Notes under the pieces: model-generated
The model's input: only the letters and a program-made list of their open reading frames with translations
Database searches by the model: none
What the model was told of the DNA's origin: nothing
Translations under genes and position numbers: made by a program
Shown: positions 14,045 through 30,190 of the stretch, piece by piece
Numbering within the stretch: the stretch's first letter is position 1
Layout of the letters: every line of letters begins with the position of its first letter
Assembly (NCBI GenBank): GCA_964016885.1
Contig: CAXHJY010001673.1
Coordinates: 62,001-126,000, forward strand
Reading direction: 5' to 3'
From: Eledone cirrhosa
Lineage: Eukaryota
DNA: 64,000 nt

Positions 14045-14182
14045 AAATCCTGGTTTGTTTATTGAATTTGGATTACAAAAAAAAAAAAAAAAAGACATAT
14101 ATATATATATATATAAATATACACACACACATATATATATACATATATATAATATGTATATGTGTGTATACACACACACACT

Positions 14183-14248
<66 letters not shown>

Positions 14249-14389
14249 TATATATACATATATATATATATATATGAGTGGTTAGAGAATTGGATTCGTG
14301 ATAGGAAAAAGTAAAGGAAATATTGTTTCCTCGGTCCGATTTGACGAAAGTCGATCGACTGTCGATATATATATATACATGAATACATA

Positions 14390-14493
<104 letters not shown>

Positions 14494-14499
14494 TATATA

Positions 14500-14537
<38 letters not shown>

Positions 14538-15033
14538 CATTTACGTTGCAAATGGCAAAAGTCTTGCTGGGAGTCTATTCTCTTTTATTACCTGCTGTGT
14601 AGAAAACGTCGCATTTTCTTATTTTTTCTTAATATTTAATTGAATTTCGTTTAAGCAACAATGTTTGCTCTCATAATATTTGTAGACAGTAATGTTTCAA
14701 AATACTTGTATCTCATCAGTACAAGGTAATTAGTTGTACTCTGATTAAATTACATTTGGTAAAAGTTGAAAAACGAAAACGTGGGAATTAATAGATAGCA
14801 ATAGATAGAAATATTTGATAGCAATATTTGATAACAGTATTTGATATAAAATATTTGATAAAAATCAATACGGATCTTAGTTCATTTCAAATCAGGTATA
14901 GACGAAGGTAAATTTAAACTGACAGAGATTTTATTGATATTTAAAAAATAATTACTATATATCTTCTTCTTCGACTGATATTAATTGTATTTTTCAGTAT
15001 TATTGAATATCATGTAGGGTCTCATTCCACCAG

Positions 15034-15109
<76 letters not shown>

Positions 15110-15152
15110 GCTCTTTCTCTCGCTCTCTCTCTTTCTCTCTCTCTCTCTCTCG

Positions 15153-15183
<31 letters not shown>

Positions 15184-15743
15184 TGTATATATATATATAT
15201 ATTGTAGGTTTTCTGCTAGCATGTGTAGTGTGTATATTGATATTATACGCAAATATATATGCATTTAGATATGATACGCCAAATAAAATCGTAATTGACA
15301 ATATGCACAGAAATTGAACGAAGTCTATGTTACACTGTCTTCTGTAATCAGTAAAGTAATCCATGATACATTAAAAAAAGACAATATTATATATAAATAG
15401 CATATATGATAAACTAAAATGTTATGAAAATGAATAAATATGAAATTAGCGACGGAAATATAAATCTTATATAACGATACAAATATATAAACGTTTATGT
15501 AAGCGATGAGTGTTATGATATAACGGACGCTAACCGGAAGTGTTGACATTTGAAAATTTTAAAGAAGTGAATGTTAAAATAAGTAATACTTTATATATAA
15601 GAATATTTATGTTTAATGAAGAGCTACGAAATTTAGTAAATAAATTAAATATTATTCATTAATTATTTATTCAAAGTAATCCAACTTATTTTACTAATGG
15701 GATAAAAAATTATAAACCGGACGCAGTCCCGCACTCCTCCATT

Positions 15744-15829
<86 letters not shown>

Positions 15830-16522
15830 CTGTTTTCCTACTAACTAAAGCATGAAACTAACATAATTCTTGTGACGTTTGTTCACCTTTTGCATACACT
15901 CCCACGCCCACACATATATATGATTAATAGAGTTATATATGAAGGCATGTATACTTATGTATACTTATACACACACACAATCATACACACACATGTATAT
16001 ATGTATAGGCTTTGCACTCTGTGGTTTAATACAGTGCATGTGTACCAATGCTACATATATAAGGAATGAGAGGAGGAATGGAAGAAAAAATAAGAACGAA
16101 ATGATGACAAAACAAATCTGGGTGAGTCTAAATATTTAAACGTTCAAATCCACATTCCAGCCCACACCCTCCTCGTCAGGAATTACGTGTATATTGACAA
16201 TCCTTGAAATTTTTTAAAATAGTAAAAGAGATTTAAAAAAAAAAAACAGAAAAAAAAACGACAAAACAAACCGAAACAACTAAGGTCATTTAAGTACAAA
16301 ATGATTTTTTTTTCAAAACTTAATCACTTCCTAAGTAACGGGATTTTGATGTGCTTCATAATTCTATGTGAGGTAGAATAAAGGCTTTGTGAAAATGACA
16401 ACAGGTCATGAGTAGTGGTGAGGTCATTACATAGCTTCCTGGCTTAACGTTTGATCTGTCGAATCATCAATAGATAGCTGGAAAAGGTCGCTATCTTTCC
16501 GTTTTGACACACCACACACACA

Positions 16523-16585
<63 letters not shown>

Positions 16586-16728
16586 ATATATATGTATATA
16601 TATATGAATATATATGTATATATATGTATATATATATATATATTTATATACATACCTACATACATATATGTATGTTATATATACCTACATACATATATGT
16701 ATGTATATATATATATATACATACCTAC

Positions 16729-16759
<31 letters not shown>

Positions 16760-16824
16760 CATATATATATGTATGTATATATACATACCTACATATATAT
16801 ATATGTATATATATACATATACCT

Positions 16825-16882
<58 letters not shown>

Positions 16883-17185
16883 CATAGATAGCTTGTCGAA
16901 TTATGTAAATATGTGAAATCTGAATCTAATTCGTTTAATCTGGTATTCAGTCGCTCTAATCATTTGCTAATATTTAAATATAAAAAAAGTACAAAAAATA
17001 AAGAAAAAAGAAAAACAATACAAAACCGAAAAGCCGATATATCTCAAAACAGAAACGGATACATGTACTAAACACAAACACACATATATACCTATATTGG
17101 AAACCACACACATACACACACACATACATACATACATACATACATACATACATACACACATATATATATATATATATATATATTT

Positions 17186-17366
17186 AATATAGAAAAGGCT
17201 TCTACGGGACTAGAACTGTTTCATTCGGGAGAAATCGTCACGATTTCTCCTGAATGAAACAGTTCGAGTCCTGTAGGAGCCATTTCTATATTACATATTT
17301 ATATTCTGTTTTGTATTGAGTACCTTACTTACTGTGGTTACCCCCGATTGAACACGGGATAAACTT
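17186..17366 (+). mobile_element. (TA)n-embedded fold-back element, family C
   Basis: Arms 17186-17292 folded at gaaatcgtcacgatttc; contains ttc-NNNN-gaat-GAAA-cag..ctg-TA; tail gtattgagtaccttacttactgtggttacc shared with 33426-33480 and partly with 42061-42080. Confidence 0.8.
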
Positions 17367-17379
17367 ATATATATATATA

Positions 17380-17754
17380 GTGACGAAACATAAGTCAATT
17401 GTATGAACTCATAATCCTTTATTTACCGCTATATATATTTCGTTGATAGCCATTATATGGCTATGACCTCATCAGGCAGTCAGTAAGTTCTTAGATACGC
17501 CAGTTCTGGGTTTTTGGTGTTGATGGTTTTAGAACCTTGGGACATATGAGGTTGTTAGGGATAATTTAATGTTGTCAACAGGAATAGTCTTAATTCTCAT
17601 TGGTCAGTTTGTAGATGCTAGTAGGATTGGTATTTGACTTCAAAGAGATCTGTGGTGTTGTAAAGTTCAAACCCTCAGCCAAGATGACAATAGTTCCATA
17701 TGACTGATTTTCACAAAAAGCATTCTTGGTCAGATATATATTCAATTGAGGTTT
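17380..17754 (-). mobile_element. Penelope-like 3' remnant: KPQLN motif, UTR, hammerhead, AATAAA
   Basis: Minus strand starts aaacctcaattgaat (KPQLN, 17740-17754), hammerhead at 17425-17480, then aataaa; (TA)n on both sides. Confidence 0.7.
17425..17480 (-). ncRNA. Type I hammerhead ribozyme
   Basis: actgc-CTGATGA-ggtcatagccat-ata-atggctatcaac-GAAA-tatata-TA^-gcggt. Confidence 0.8.
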
Positions 17755-18179
17755 ATATATATATATGTGTGAGTGTGTGCCTGTGTGTAGTAAAAGGTTA
17801 TTTCCCGACAGCTGATCTCACGGCGTTCCACAAGCATTTTACTATACGTATATCCTACTTTCCCAAGTATTGAGTACTTAGCTGAACCTTGTGAAGAAAT
17901 CTTGTGAAGAAATCGCAAAGGCAGATTTGATCCTGAATCTTGGCTCTCTGACTATATCTACTTCGGACGTTTGTGATCACCATTCTTGTGTCACCTCTGT
18001 TCCTGATGCTGTGGTTTCATTAGCCGGAATCGGTGAAACATGTCATCTGGTCCGCTCATATATGGCGCTCCCTGTTGGAATCTTAACTGGCTGACAATAT
18101 CTGCATCGGACATCTGTAATCACCGTATATTGACGGCCCCTAGTTAGAACCGGTGAACATGTTATCAGCCATTGGACAG

Positions 18180-18335
18180 CCCTTTACGTTCTGAGTTTAA
18201 ATCCCGCCGAGGTTAGCTTTGAATTTCATCCTTACGAGGTCGATAAAATAAAGTACCAGTGATACACCGGGGTTGATTTAATCGAATTTTTCCCCCTCAC
18301 CGAAAATTGCTGGACTGGTACCTATAGTAGAACTC
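18180..18335 (+). mobile_element. SINE S1 (long subtype), 5'-truncated
   Basis: ctgagtttaaatcccgccgaggttagcttt..gtcgataaaataaagtaccag..ggggttgatttaatcg..aaattgctgg. Confidence 0.8.
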
Positions 18336-18697
18336 ATTAACTGCCAGACAATATCTTGGGCGACCTTTAGTTATGATGGTGTGGATACACTGGTTGAAAC
18401 CGGTATATATGTTACGTACCACTGGAATATCAACTGTCTGGCAATATTTCCGTCTGATGTCTTTGCTCACCTTAATGGTGATTCATTGATCTGCTCCGGC
18501 TCAACCCATCCTGAGTAAAAGTAAAGCCCGACACAAGACAACAATACAATACATGATATGAGTATAGTTGACATTACCAGAACTCGCAGCTATTTTGTGT
18601 TGTATTTTAATGAATGCCATCTGTAATGTATCGTCGACATTTTGCCCGATACCAGAAATCCGATCGGTGAGATGCAAGACTGTACAGATAAAACTGA

Positions 18698-18962
18698 ATT
18701 GGAAAAAAGACAAACAAACAAACAAACAAACAAACAAATAATCAAATAAAAAACGGGGAAATGATAACGAGTACTTGGCGAAAGCATTAAATAAAATACA
18801 CCCTCTTTCTCTCTCTCTTTATATATATATATATATATACAAAGAGAGAGAGAAAGAGGGTGTATTTTATTTAATGCTTTCGCCAAGTCCTCGTTATCAT
18901 TTCCCCGTTTTTTATTTGATTATTTGTTTGTTTGTTTGTTTGTTTGTCTTTTTTGTCTTTTT

Positions 18963-18968
<6 letters not shown>
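18698..18968. repeat. ~270-bp palindrome with a (TA)n loop
   Basis: ~120-bp inverted arms (aaac repeats, ggggaaatgataacgag, ggcgaaagcattaaataaaatacaccctc) around (TA)~10 at 18820-18839. Confidence 0.9.
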
Positions 18969-20086
<1,118 letters not shown>

Positions 20087-22986
20087 CGAAGAGGCAACAT
20101 TTCTAGTTTAGCGTTGTTTTTATGTTAAGCTGTGAGAATTACGATAGATGCTGGCCTTTCACAGAAAACATCTTGAAATAACCTCTGACACCATATTTTA
20201 GGCAGTTAACTTATGTACGTTTAAAAGTACACACACACGTAATCATCTAACGTTACAAACACATACATATACATACATATTTCCACACATTAACACATAC
20301 ATCCATCCACACAAGCGCCACACACACATAATCTCTTTTGCACACACTTGGATTTCCTCATACACATACACACAGTGACACACATATAGACACCCGTAAA
20401 CACACACAGGCACGTAGACACATATACACATAGACATATGCATACACGTAGATGCACGCCCACTCATAGTCGCACACACCCATAGATGAATACACACACA
20501 CATACACACACTCTTCCTCTCTTCCCCACAAACATACACACATACAAGCATAAGGACAAAGATACACACAGGCTTATGGTTACACACCATCAACCCATCA
20601 TCACACACATACACACATGCATATATAGAAACATCCACCCACAAGGACACACGCACACACATACTCACATATACTCTCTGTCTCCCTCCCCCCCACACAC
20701 ACAGATACACACATACACACACACCCATCAACTCATCATCCCACACAGAGACTCATACACATATAGAAACATACACCGACAAAGACACACACACACACAC
20801 CTATACATACACACACACACGCACACGCACACACACGCACACACACTCACATATGCTCTCTGTATCCTCCCCACACACACAGATACACACACACATACAC
20901 ACATACATAGACATACACACATACACAGATGTACATACACAACATTTCTAATAAGCTAAACAAAATAATAGAAATATCAACATATATTTAGGAGTTCCCA
21001 TTGACTAAGGCTTAGGAAAAGAAATTGTGTTAAGCTTACGACTTCGTCAACTCAACGAGTTCTGTTGTATTTAGAGAACAGTTTTTCTTCTATTTGGCTT
21101 TTATTTGGAGGGTGGGGTTGGTGGAAGGTTGTCGTCAAAATTGAATCGAAAAAAGGTCACTGATTTGACACAAACCATAACATTCATTGTTGGAAATATA
21201 ATCTAATAGCGTAGCAATTGTTTTAGATCAAGATTAACCTTTTGTCTTCTTTCTTATTGGGAGCAATTGTTTTGACTTGTCTCGTAAGGTTTTAAGACTT
21301 GGAACTAACAAACATGTCCTTTAATCTGTGTGTTTTCTTACGTTCGTTTATTACATTTTCGAGGGGGTAAATTGACAAAGTCGTTAGAATGTCGGATAGA
21401 GTATAGACATATATTTTGAGGTATTCATTCTGTTTGGATCTCTGAGCTCTCTCTGTGTTCACATCCCGCTGTAATCAACTTTACCTTTCATTCTTCCATG
21501 ATCGATAAATTAAATACCAGATCAATACTTAGGATTAATTTTTCTTCTATATATCTTGGGTGGTAGTAGTTCCAGCTTCACGCATAGAAAGACTGGTGTA
21601 GTGGTTCTGAAAACAATGTGGCTTTGCAGATGATCAATGCAAATTGACAATAGAAAGGCGCTCCCGCTCAAGTTAGAAGATAACTATTGACCTTCAGGAG
21701 AAGCAGCGACCCCTGATTGTATTCAGCAACCGAAACAAATATGAATTACACCAAATACAATGCTCATAGGGGCGGCTCTGGTTCTTCTTATTTGCGAGTG
21801 TAAACTCGGCCAGATTAGATTAGATTAGATTAGATTCTATGTATCTTTCTCGTTTCTATTTCTCTACCTCCTTGTATAGAAATAAATCAACTGTGTTCAG
21901 ACCTGCAGAACGATGGGCTTCATCAGGTTTAAAATGAGCAAGAAACCCGATGGCCAGCGTCTCTATGACTCATCAGGAGTTTTGAGCGGCGGATTAAATT
22001 TACCGCCGATAGAGACCATAATAGGAATTGAATAAAAAATCTGGAACAGCTACTAAAAGTCATTTTGTTCTATGTTCCAACGTCATCGCCACATATTCAC
22101 TCGAAATCACTAATTTTAATTGAAATTTATCGATCATTTAACATTTTAGATTTAGTCAACTTTTATTTATGTGAAGAGAAATTTTTTTCCTTTATTCTTT
22201 CTTTTGTTCTTAATAATGCGTTTGTGTAATTTTGTTAACAACATTTCCAACATCTGGACAAGCTTTTTCTTACGTAAAATAATCTAATAAAATAAATACT
22301 AATAAATGGTCATTTCTATGTAATTTTTTTAATTTGTCACGTAAAATCATAGAAATAAATTTTCGTTGGTTATATCAAACATTTAATGATTTGATTTTCA
22401 AGCCATTTTGTTTGTTTTCTAGATAGTAAGAGTATATAATTCAGACAAAGAGAGCAAACAGAGAAAACGAAAAGAAAGACAATTATAATATTAATAAAAA
22501 ATACCTATAGCATTAAATCGCTTAGTTATTCCTAGTTACTGTTACAAAGAGTGACAAATATTACAACAGGCTAGAGTAGGAATTGATAACATAAAACATA
22601 TCACCCAATACTTGAAGAAATACCATTCACCAATTTATGCTCCTTTGTATATGTCTATTATACTCTTATATAAGACATTATTTAATCGCTGTGTTAATAC
22701 TAATACTGTATTACTCCACAATATATAACAAGTCACAACTTAATGCCATTTAATTTTATAGTCGAAATATTAGGTGCAGAAACGAGAATAAAATTGCTTA
22801 TTTAGTAAAACATAAAAATGGAAAATGCCTTAACTTTGGGATTGTAGTGGTGCTACACGACATGTCTTGGATATTTTAAATCTCGAGAGGATTTGAACAT
22901 TGGACACAGTGAACCGAAACAAATACCGAGGTATAGTGAATACGGCGACCTAACGTCTCTTCCAATTCACTGCCAATTGAAACAAT

Positions 22987-23054
<68 letters not shown>

Positions 23055-24371
23055 ATATATATATATATATATATATATATCAGTTGCACCCCCACCCATC
23101 CTCATCTCTTTAAGTAAGTATCTCTTGCGAGAACATTTTCTCATTTTTTGTGTCTTCCCTATTTTTTGTGTCTTTGCGACGCCTAAAACCACGCACACAC
23201 ACACACATACTCTCTCACACACCCCCACACATTTTAACTGTGTCTCTGAAAAAAATTGGCTGTGTTCAGATTTAGAGAAAGTAGGGCTCGACTTTATTTT
23301 AATTCCCAAGACGGTTTTTCTCCGGCTCCAACAAGATTTCAGTGTGTCGCACACTGATGGGAATGCAATATCTAACGTGACGTTCCCTTTTAAAGAAAGT
23401 AGACGTTTTTTAAGAGAACTTTCGTTGCTACTTTCTGCAAGTCGAGCGATTATATACAAGCATTCCCGTTGTCATGTATTCATTCATATAAAGCCATGTA
23501 AGCTTAGATATAATGAAGTAAGTAATTAAGAGTTATGGCTGTGAAAGTAGCTTCAATAGGGTTGTATCAAATTCGAGTCATGCTCCAGAAGTTTTCGTTT
23601 CAAATGTTATTGAAAGAAATAACTCTATCTAAGCATACTTTGTATGCATGATCCAGTAGATTGAGGTAGCACTTGAGATTTAGTGAAGTGTTGAGACAAA
23701 CAACCTCGAGAAAGAAAGAGAGGGGGAGAGAGATTTTATCTATTAATTGTATGGATAATTTTAATTCATCAAAGCTTTTTTTAAAAACCTATCTATATTA
23801 CGTTTGCGAGATGGCAACGTTGTTGAATTTTAATATTCAGACGAACTTCCAAGGTTATTTTACTTCAGGTGTATAACGTTGATATTTATAACCAGTAATT
23901 ATATTCTCCCCTTCTATATTACTAATTTTAGTCTTGTTTACGTTACTTGTTGGTTTAAGCCAACAAATACAGCTTCAGTCGGAGCAACATAAGTTTGGGG
24001 GACAACAAATACGACGGGCTTAACTCTAGCACATAATTTTTAGCTCAAAATCAAACAATAGACTTATAGGCTAATTCAACTTATATGCCTCGGTTTTACT
24101 GCATACATTTCTGACCAAGGTAGAAAATATATAATAAATTCTGTTATATTACCAAAACTATGTCTTTTGAATCCGCAGATGTCGTATTTTCTGGCATTAA
24201 CGTCTGGTGAATTCTTTCTGCGGCCTTCATTTAAATATATTCAGTGTCTCGTGTGGGTATTTTGTCATCGAGTTAACCGATTATCGCACCCGGAGCCTTT
24301 ATAAAATATAAATATACAGACTTGTCAACACCCCCCTATAGCTTTCATTATCTAAAATCTCCCCCCCCCCC

Positions 24372-24477
24372 CCGCCGAGGTTAACTTTACCTTTCATCCT
24401 TACGGGGTCGATAAAATAAAGTACCAGTAATACATTGGTATAATTGCTGGCCTTGTGCCAAAAGTAGAAACAATTAT
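24372..24477 (+). mobile_element. SINE S1 3' half (short subtype)
   Basis: cccgccgaggttaactttacctttcatccttacggggtcgataaaataaagtaccag..tgctggccttgtgccaaaagtagaaacaatta. Confidence 0.85.
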
Positions 24478-25394
24478 CTAAAATCTCCCCATTTTGCCTC
24501 ATTTATCCCCGTTTTGGGGCACTTTTTCTCATGGTACTCCCCGTTTGGATGTTTATAGGTTGGCAGGTTGGAGCATGACGGAGCCTAATTGCAATGGCTG
24601 GATCTGCTAGAATAATCAGCCAAATATATTTTATATTACACCCATCATCCCAAAGCAAATGTCAAGGGCATAATGTATAATGTTGCAAACACTTTCAAAA
24701 TAAAAAAGGATGGGTTGATTACGGTTGGAGAGCTTTTGATCATAGATTTACTCGCTTTAGACTTAGACTTATCTGGGCTAAACAAGAACAAGAACAAATA
24801 GAACAACGAGAAAAAATAGCATATAAAAGAATCAACAATTTTAAAATATAAAATAAAATAAAAATGAAGAACAAATAATACATATGATTTTGTGGATGGA
24901 AAGAAAACCAGTTTATCTTTCCTGTGGTGTGTCAACAACCAAACTAGGTAGGAGACTAAACATAAAGAGCAATAAACAACAGACCTCTCTAATGGAACGT
25001 AGATTTAGGTTAGTTCTGTTCACGTTTCTTTGCTATTTATCTAATGATTTCATATTGTGGAGTGAAGCGAAGGTGAGGAGAAATCACTGGACTGTGACGT
25101 AGTGGTTACCATCTAAATATCGCATACTATTTTATAGAGAGTCATTATCAAGACGCGTGGCTTCGTAGTTAGGAAGTTCGGCTTACGATCTTAAGGTTAT
25201 GAGTTCGATTCCCACCAGTTTATACTCCTCTACTGAATTAAGCTGTAATTCAAAGTGGGTGAGTTTTTTTCCCACGCTGAGTCACGCTGAATCTTTCTGA
25301 GAATTACCTGAAGGGTATACGTGTCTGTGGAATTACGGTGAACTGGTAGAGTCGTTAGAACATCTCGGCGAATCCCTGCTATATTTGTCCAGAT

Positions 25395-25427
<33 letters not shown>

Positions 25428-25492
25428 CATCTAGTGAGCAAGAGACGGCTTGAAGATGCACCTATTCTCTTCGACTAGCTTCGTAAACCAAT

Positions 25493-25713
25493 ATATGTAT
25501 ATTTATTTTATTATAGAAATAACTTCAAGAGGACTAGAACTGTTTTATTCGTAAGACATCACCCGGAAAGAAATTTCCTGATGATTTCTTACGAATGAAA
25601 CAGTTCTAGTCCCGTATAAATCATTTTTATAATAAAATGAACATACCTATAAGCAACTAACGTAAGGAGTACCTTTTTAACAGGGGTCGCTTCCCTAATT
25701 ACACCGGGACTCT

Positions 25714-25717
<4 letters not shown>
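25493..25717 (+). mobile_element. Family C fold-back element, diverged, with hammerhead core
   Basis: CTGATGA-t-ttc-ttac-gaa-t-GAAA-cagttctagtcccg-TA at 25578-25616; imperfect inverted arms. Confidence 0.7.
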
Positions 25718-25764
<47 letters not shown>

Positions 25765-25792
25765 AGAATTGAGATGGAGGGTTTGTGGTTTT

Positions 25793-25850
<58 letters not shown>

Positions 25851-25852
<2 letters not shown>

Positions 25853-25975
25853 AAAAGGTAAACAGAAATAACAACACAATCGGTACAGTTTATGGAAGGA
25901 ATATATTAGGTTAACGCTTGATATAGCAGGAAGAGGGTCTTAAAGATTCGGACGCTAGTTCTTCATCAGAAGAAA
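25851..25975 (-). mobile_element. PLE-like 3' end, family G, degenerate minimal hammerhead
   Basis: Minus: tctt-CTGATGA-a-gaac-tagc-gtcc-gaat-cttt-aaga..tatcaagcgttaa; homologous to 49067-49185 (+). Confidence 0.6.
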
Positions 25976-27644
25976 GAATGAGAAATAAGATAGATTGAGG
26001 GGACGGGCGGGTTGGAATTGGAAAAAATGTCTTTAGATAAAAATAACAGGTCCGTTCAAGTTGACCCATCCATCTCACTCTCGTAGTTCTTTAAACTATA
26101 TCTCAAACACTATCTCATCAATTCCTTTTCTACAATATGGCAAGATTTCTCAATTAAAACGACAGAATGCAATTGATTGAACATTTTCATCCTTTAAAAT
26201 AGCATCATTGATCGATGTCTCAATTACGCCCACTCTCCTCTCTTTCTTCCTTCTTTAATGTACCACTCCCCCTCCTCTTCTTCTTCTTCTTCTTCTTCTG
26301 TTCATCATTCAAATTTTATTCGTATTGTCTACATATTTTTTTTGTAAAAATATTTTTGTTTCTTATTCTATTGGGACTTTTTAAAAGTTAATTCTAATGT
26401 CAACGCCAGGTCTTACAGAAGGATAACTTTTGCAAAATTCCAACCAAGTTTATTTATTTTTAAATTTTATTTTTTCCTATTTCGCTTTGTCCCTTTTTTT
26501 TTCTTAATTTCTTTCAAAGTTTGATGTGAAATTACAAAACAAAATAATGCTTTCTAATATAAGCCCAAGGCTAGCGATGCAGAAATTATTGAATTGGTTG
26601 AGGGACTTATAATCATAAGCTCATGGTACAACACCTGGATCAAGCGCAGAGCATTGTGTTCTTGAACGAAATATCTCACGTTCTCCCTTCAGTCTGGAGT
26701 TGCGACAAGTAGTTTGTATCAGCAACTGAAAAACCACAAGAAATATTGCTGTCCTTGGTCAGATCAGACGAACGAATCCTTTTCTTTCTTATTTCAAATT
26801 CAATATAAGAATAAAACACATGATGACGGTCGGAGATCAAACTGAACGAAACGTACAGTAAACGTTAATATTCGCTAAAAGCGAAACTAATAATCCGGAA
26901 AATTATAATCTTTCTGAGAACAATTCATTTCAGTGTCGACATTCATTAATTCCTACGACTATAGTGTTATTAACCTGACTATAAAGAAACAACTCTCTGT
27001 GATATTTCACAACACGTCACGCATGACATATAACAAATTCCACAGCTTTTGATCAGTTGTTGAGAGAAAAATAAGGCCGGATATATGTGCACAAAGTCTA
27101 AAGTGATTCTTTTTTTTGCTTATTGCTTAGATCCATACATATAACATTTACAAGCCGCTATGTCGAAATAGACCCGTCAGTTAACTTCAGTCGTATATAA
27201 AAGTACTTACCTGGTCGTTTACAAGTCTATTTTTCACTCTTATTCGTGTCTTTGTATTTTTGTGTAATTTTAGTCAGCGGATTCAGACATGCGAGATGTG
27301 TATAATAGTGTGTTTATTTATATATGGGTGTGTTTATTTATATGTGTGTGTGTTTATCTCTGTGTGTATCCGTGTGTATCTTTGTCACGAAAAATTTTCA
27401 AATTTTTTTTTCTCTATTTAATTCTGTTTACAATAAAATAGAATTAGTAAATGTATCAATCTAGCTTTATATGTCAACTTGTATAACTACGTGTATTCTC
27501 TGTCTCTCACTCCTGCCCCTTATATATTTCATCTAAATCCCCCCCCCTCTCTCTCTCTGTCTCTCTCTCTCTCCACATTCTTTTGTATAAATCTTCAAAT
27601 TCTCCGAATTGAGAGATCACTACTCCGATACTATAGACATGTGC

Positions 27645-27890
27645 TTACACTGTCTTAGGAAAGAACCTGTGGACAGATTTTACAGGCAAAACCAACAGGT
27701 AAGAGACCCAGAGGTAGACCACGAGCAAGATGGTTGGATAACATCCATGAGCTTGGCTGCCCACGCTTGGGGATCCAGCCGGATCAGTTGGAGACGGTTG
27801 CTTCTGATAGGACCCGCTAGAAGGAGTGTTTGAGGACTCTTCTACCAAGACCCTCTCAGGAATAAGTGGGCTAAGAAGAGAAGAAGACTC
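27645..27890 (+). mobile_element. RTE-clade (Rex3/Expander-like) LINE 3' end
   Basis: Translates RILQAKPTGKRPRGRPRARWLDNIHELGCPRLGIQPDQLETVASDR..LLPRP; GAA-rich tail; second copy at 42365-42525 (-). Confidence 0.8.
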
Positions 27891-27913
27891 CAGTTGCGTT
27901 TTCAATTTCTCTT

Positions 27914-27983
<70 letters not shown>

Positions 27984-28021
27984 ATATTTCTGCGGGCTTT
28001 TTATGAAACTATATATATATA

Positions 28022-28141
28022 TAACGGAGGAAATGTGGTAAGGAACCAGGTGGACCATAACGCACCAAAGTACTCAATACTTAGTCCAGAATTAGCCGTC
28101 GAAACGGCTTGAGCTCAGCCGTCGGGGTCCTACTCGTTCCT

Positions 28142-28142
<1 letters not shown>
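28022..28142. mobile_element. Family A element with internal inversion junction
   Basis: taacggaggaaatgtgg..tactcaatacttag joined to gtccagaattagccgtcgaaacggc..tcgttccta. Confidence 0.85.
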
Positions 28143-28211
<69 letters not shown>

Positions 28212-28220
28212 TCATCTATA

Positions 28221-28278
<58 letters not shown>

Positions 28279-29126
28279 TCATCTATAGTATATAACTATA
28301 TAACATGGTATAGAACTGCAGTATAACGTATTTTGTTGTTGTAGTTGTTGTCAGTAATTACACAGGAAAACACATATACCGGTTGACATACGAAATTTTT
28401 TTGTGTGGAAGAAATTGTTAGCTTGGTCGTAGTCTAAACTGAATATTTACGATCAGAAAAGCGACATAATTTCTTTCGCCTTTTTATCAATGTTTGAGTC
28501 CGACATAGACAGAACATTTCAGCTTCTTTCTTGGGGAACAAATCGATCGGAATTCTTTCTTAGAAACTCCACCTTTAGTGTTGCATGAAAGCTCTAAATA
28601 TGAACACATAGACAAGAAGTATAAAAATAAGAAGAAAAAAAAAAAGCTACGTTATTGTTATTATTATTTTTATTATTATTTATTATTATTTATTTATTTA
28701 TTTATTTTTTTTTTTTTGCATTTCTCAGAATCGAACTAATAAAATATTCATAAACGTTTGAGAACAAAACTTCAAAGAAAGAATTTTTGGTTATCTCTCG
28801 AATGAATACTTACCAATTATGTTAGTGAGTAAAATAATAATAAAAAAAATAAAGCAAACCAATTCTTTTGGAATAGTTTTAAAGGTATAAGGACTGTCTT
28901 GAAGTTTCAATTGTGATAATTGCTGAAGCAAGAAATAATAATCTTACTGTATAAGTTTCGGATATATGAAAGAATCTAAATTGCCCGAAGAGATTTAACT
29001 TCTGATATAACTAATTTGAGTCAATATGAGACATTAGATGGTAAAGATCTTGACCGGGTTTCGATTTTAAGTGGTAGATAATCCGCATAATTTGCAGCGT
29101 TTTTAATGTAGGTAATGCTCAATATA

Positions 29127-29290
29127 AGCAGCGAATTGGTAGAGTCGTTAGAATGTCGGATAGAATGCTTTATGGTATTCGTTCCAGCTATCTGCTCTCT
29201 GAGTTCAAATCCCGCCGAGGTCACCTTTGCCTTTCATCCTTTCGAGGTCGATAAAAAAGTACCAGTCTATTACTGGGGTTGATTCTTCCT
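29127..29290 (+). mobile_element. SINE S1
   Basis: ttggtagagtcgttag..ctgagttcaaatcccgccgaggtcacctttgcctttcatcctttcgaggtcgataaaa. Confidence 0.8.
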
Positions 29291-29984
29291 CTATATCTCT
29301 TTCTCATTTCCCCTCTCTCACTTTCTATCTTTCTCTGGAAGAAATCTGCTGTACTCAGGCCTGGAGAGAGATGGCCTCCGCCAGGCTTAAAATGTCCAAG
29401 AAACATCGTATGTCAATGCGGCGCCCCTACGATTATATAAGGAGTTACAGGATATACATTCATACAGTGCTCAATATAGCCTAATAAAAATGTCAGTTGT
29501 AAAGCTAAACTGAAGCACAAGCGTGCTCTTCTATTTTCCACCTCGTTATATCCTGTGGACGCTCACAGTGGGATTACAGAAGAACATACTGACATTTGAA
29601 ATGAAATGATGATACAGTAATCTTACGGGCATCTCCTTCGCAGTAAACACAAGCAACAGAAGCATTTTCACGGCAGTCAACCAACGGCAACTCTAGGCCT
29701 ATCCAAAGATAAGAACTGGCCTAATGAGCTTCCGGGATCGAGACAGACTTTAGACCTTTCAGACATGTTTCAGTGTAATGCTCAGCCACTTACACTGTAA
29801 TTTCATAAACAGACTGTTCTATTTATTGAACAACTGAAACATTCATCGTCAAAAACGACGGAGTCCCACTTTATTTTTATGTTATAAGTGAAAAACCAGT
29901 ATGAAACTTAACAGTAACTATGCCACAACATTTTTTCCCGGCGCTCTACCGATACTGCTAATATCCACAACCCTTAAATAACGG

Positions 29985-30190
29985 TTTCTGATTTAGGTAC
30001 TAGTCCAACAATTTTAGTGGGAGTGGGGAAAATAAATTAAATCGTTACTGGTACATTAATTTATCGATCCCGCAAGGATGAAAGGCAAAACTAACCTAAG
30101 CGGGATTTGAACTCAGAACGTAAGGGGTGGTTCTCTATGCCACAAAGCTTATTGTCCGAGGCTCTACCCACACTCTTAATCTACGGCTCT
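29985..30190 (-). mobile_element. SINE S1, diverged
   Basis: ttatcgatcccgcaaggatgaaaggcaaaactaacctaagcgggatttgaactcag. Confidence 0.75.

Noticed and set aside
14276-14320. [11 protein letters not shown] resembling a CR1 RT segment (also VTNLLE near 33780)
   Set aside because: Too short to call confidently
22950-23529. ORFs of 169 and 134 aa, one with a faint RT-like TVFLRLQQDFSVSH
   Set aside because: Partly microsatellite; the similarity is too weak to call without a profile search
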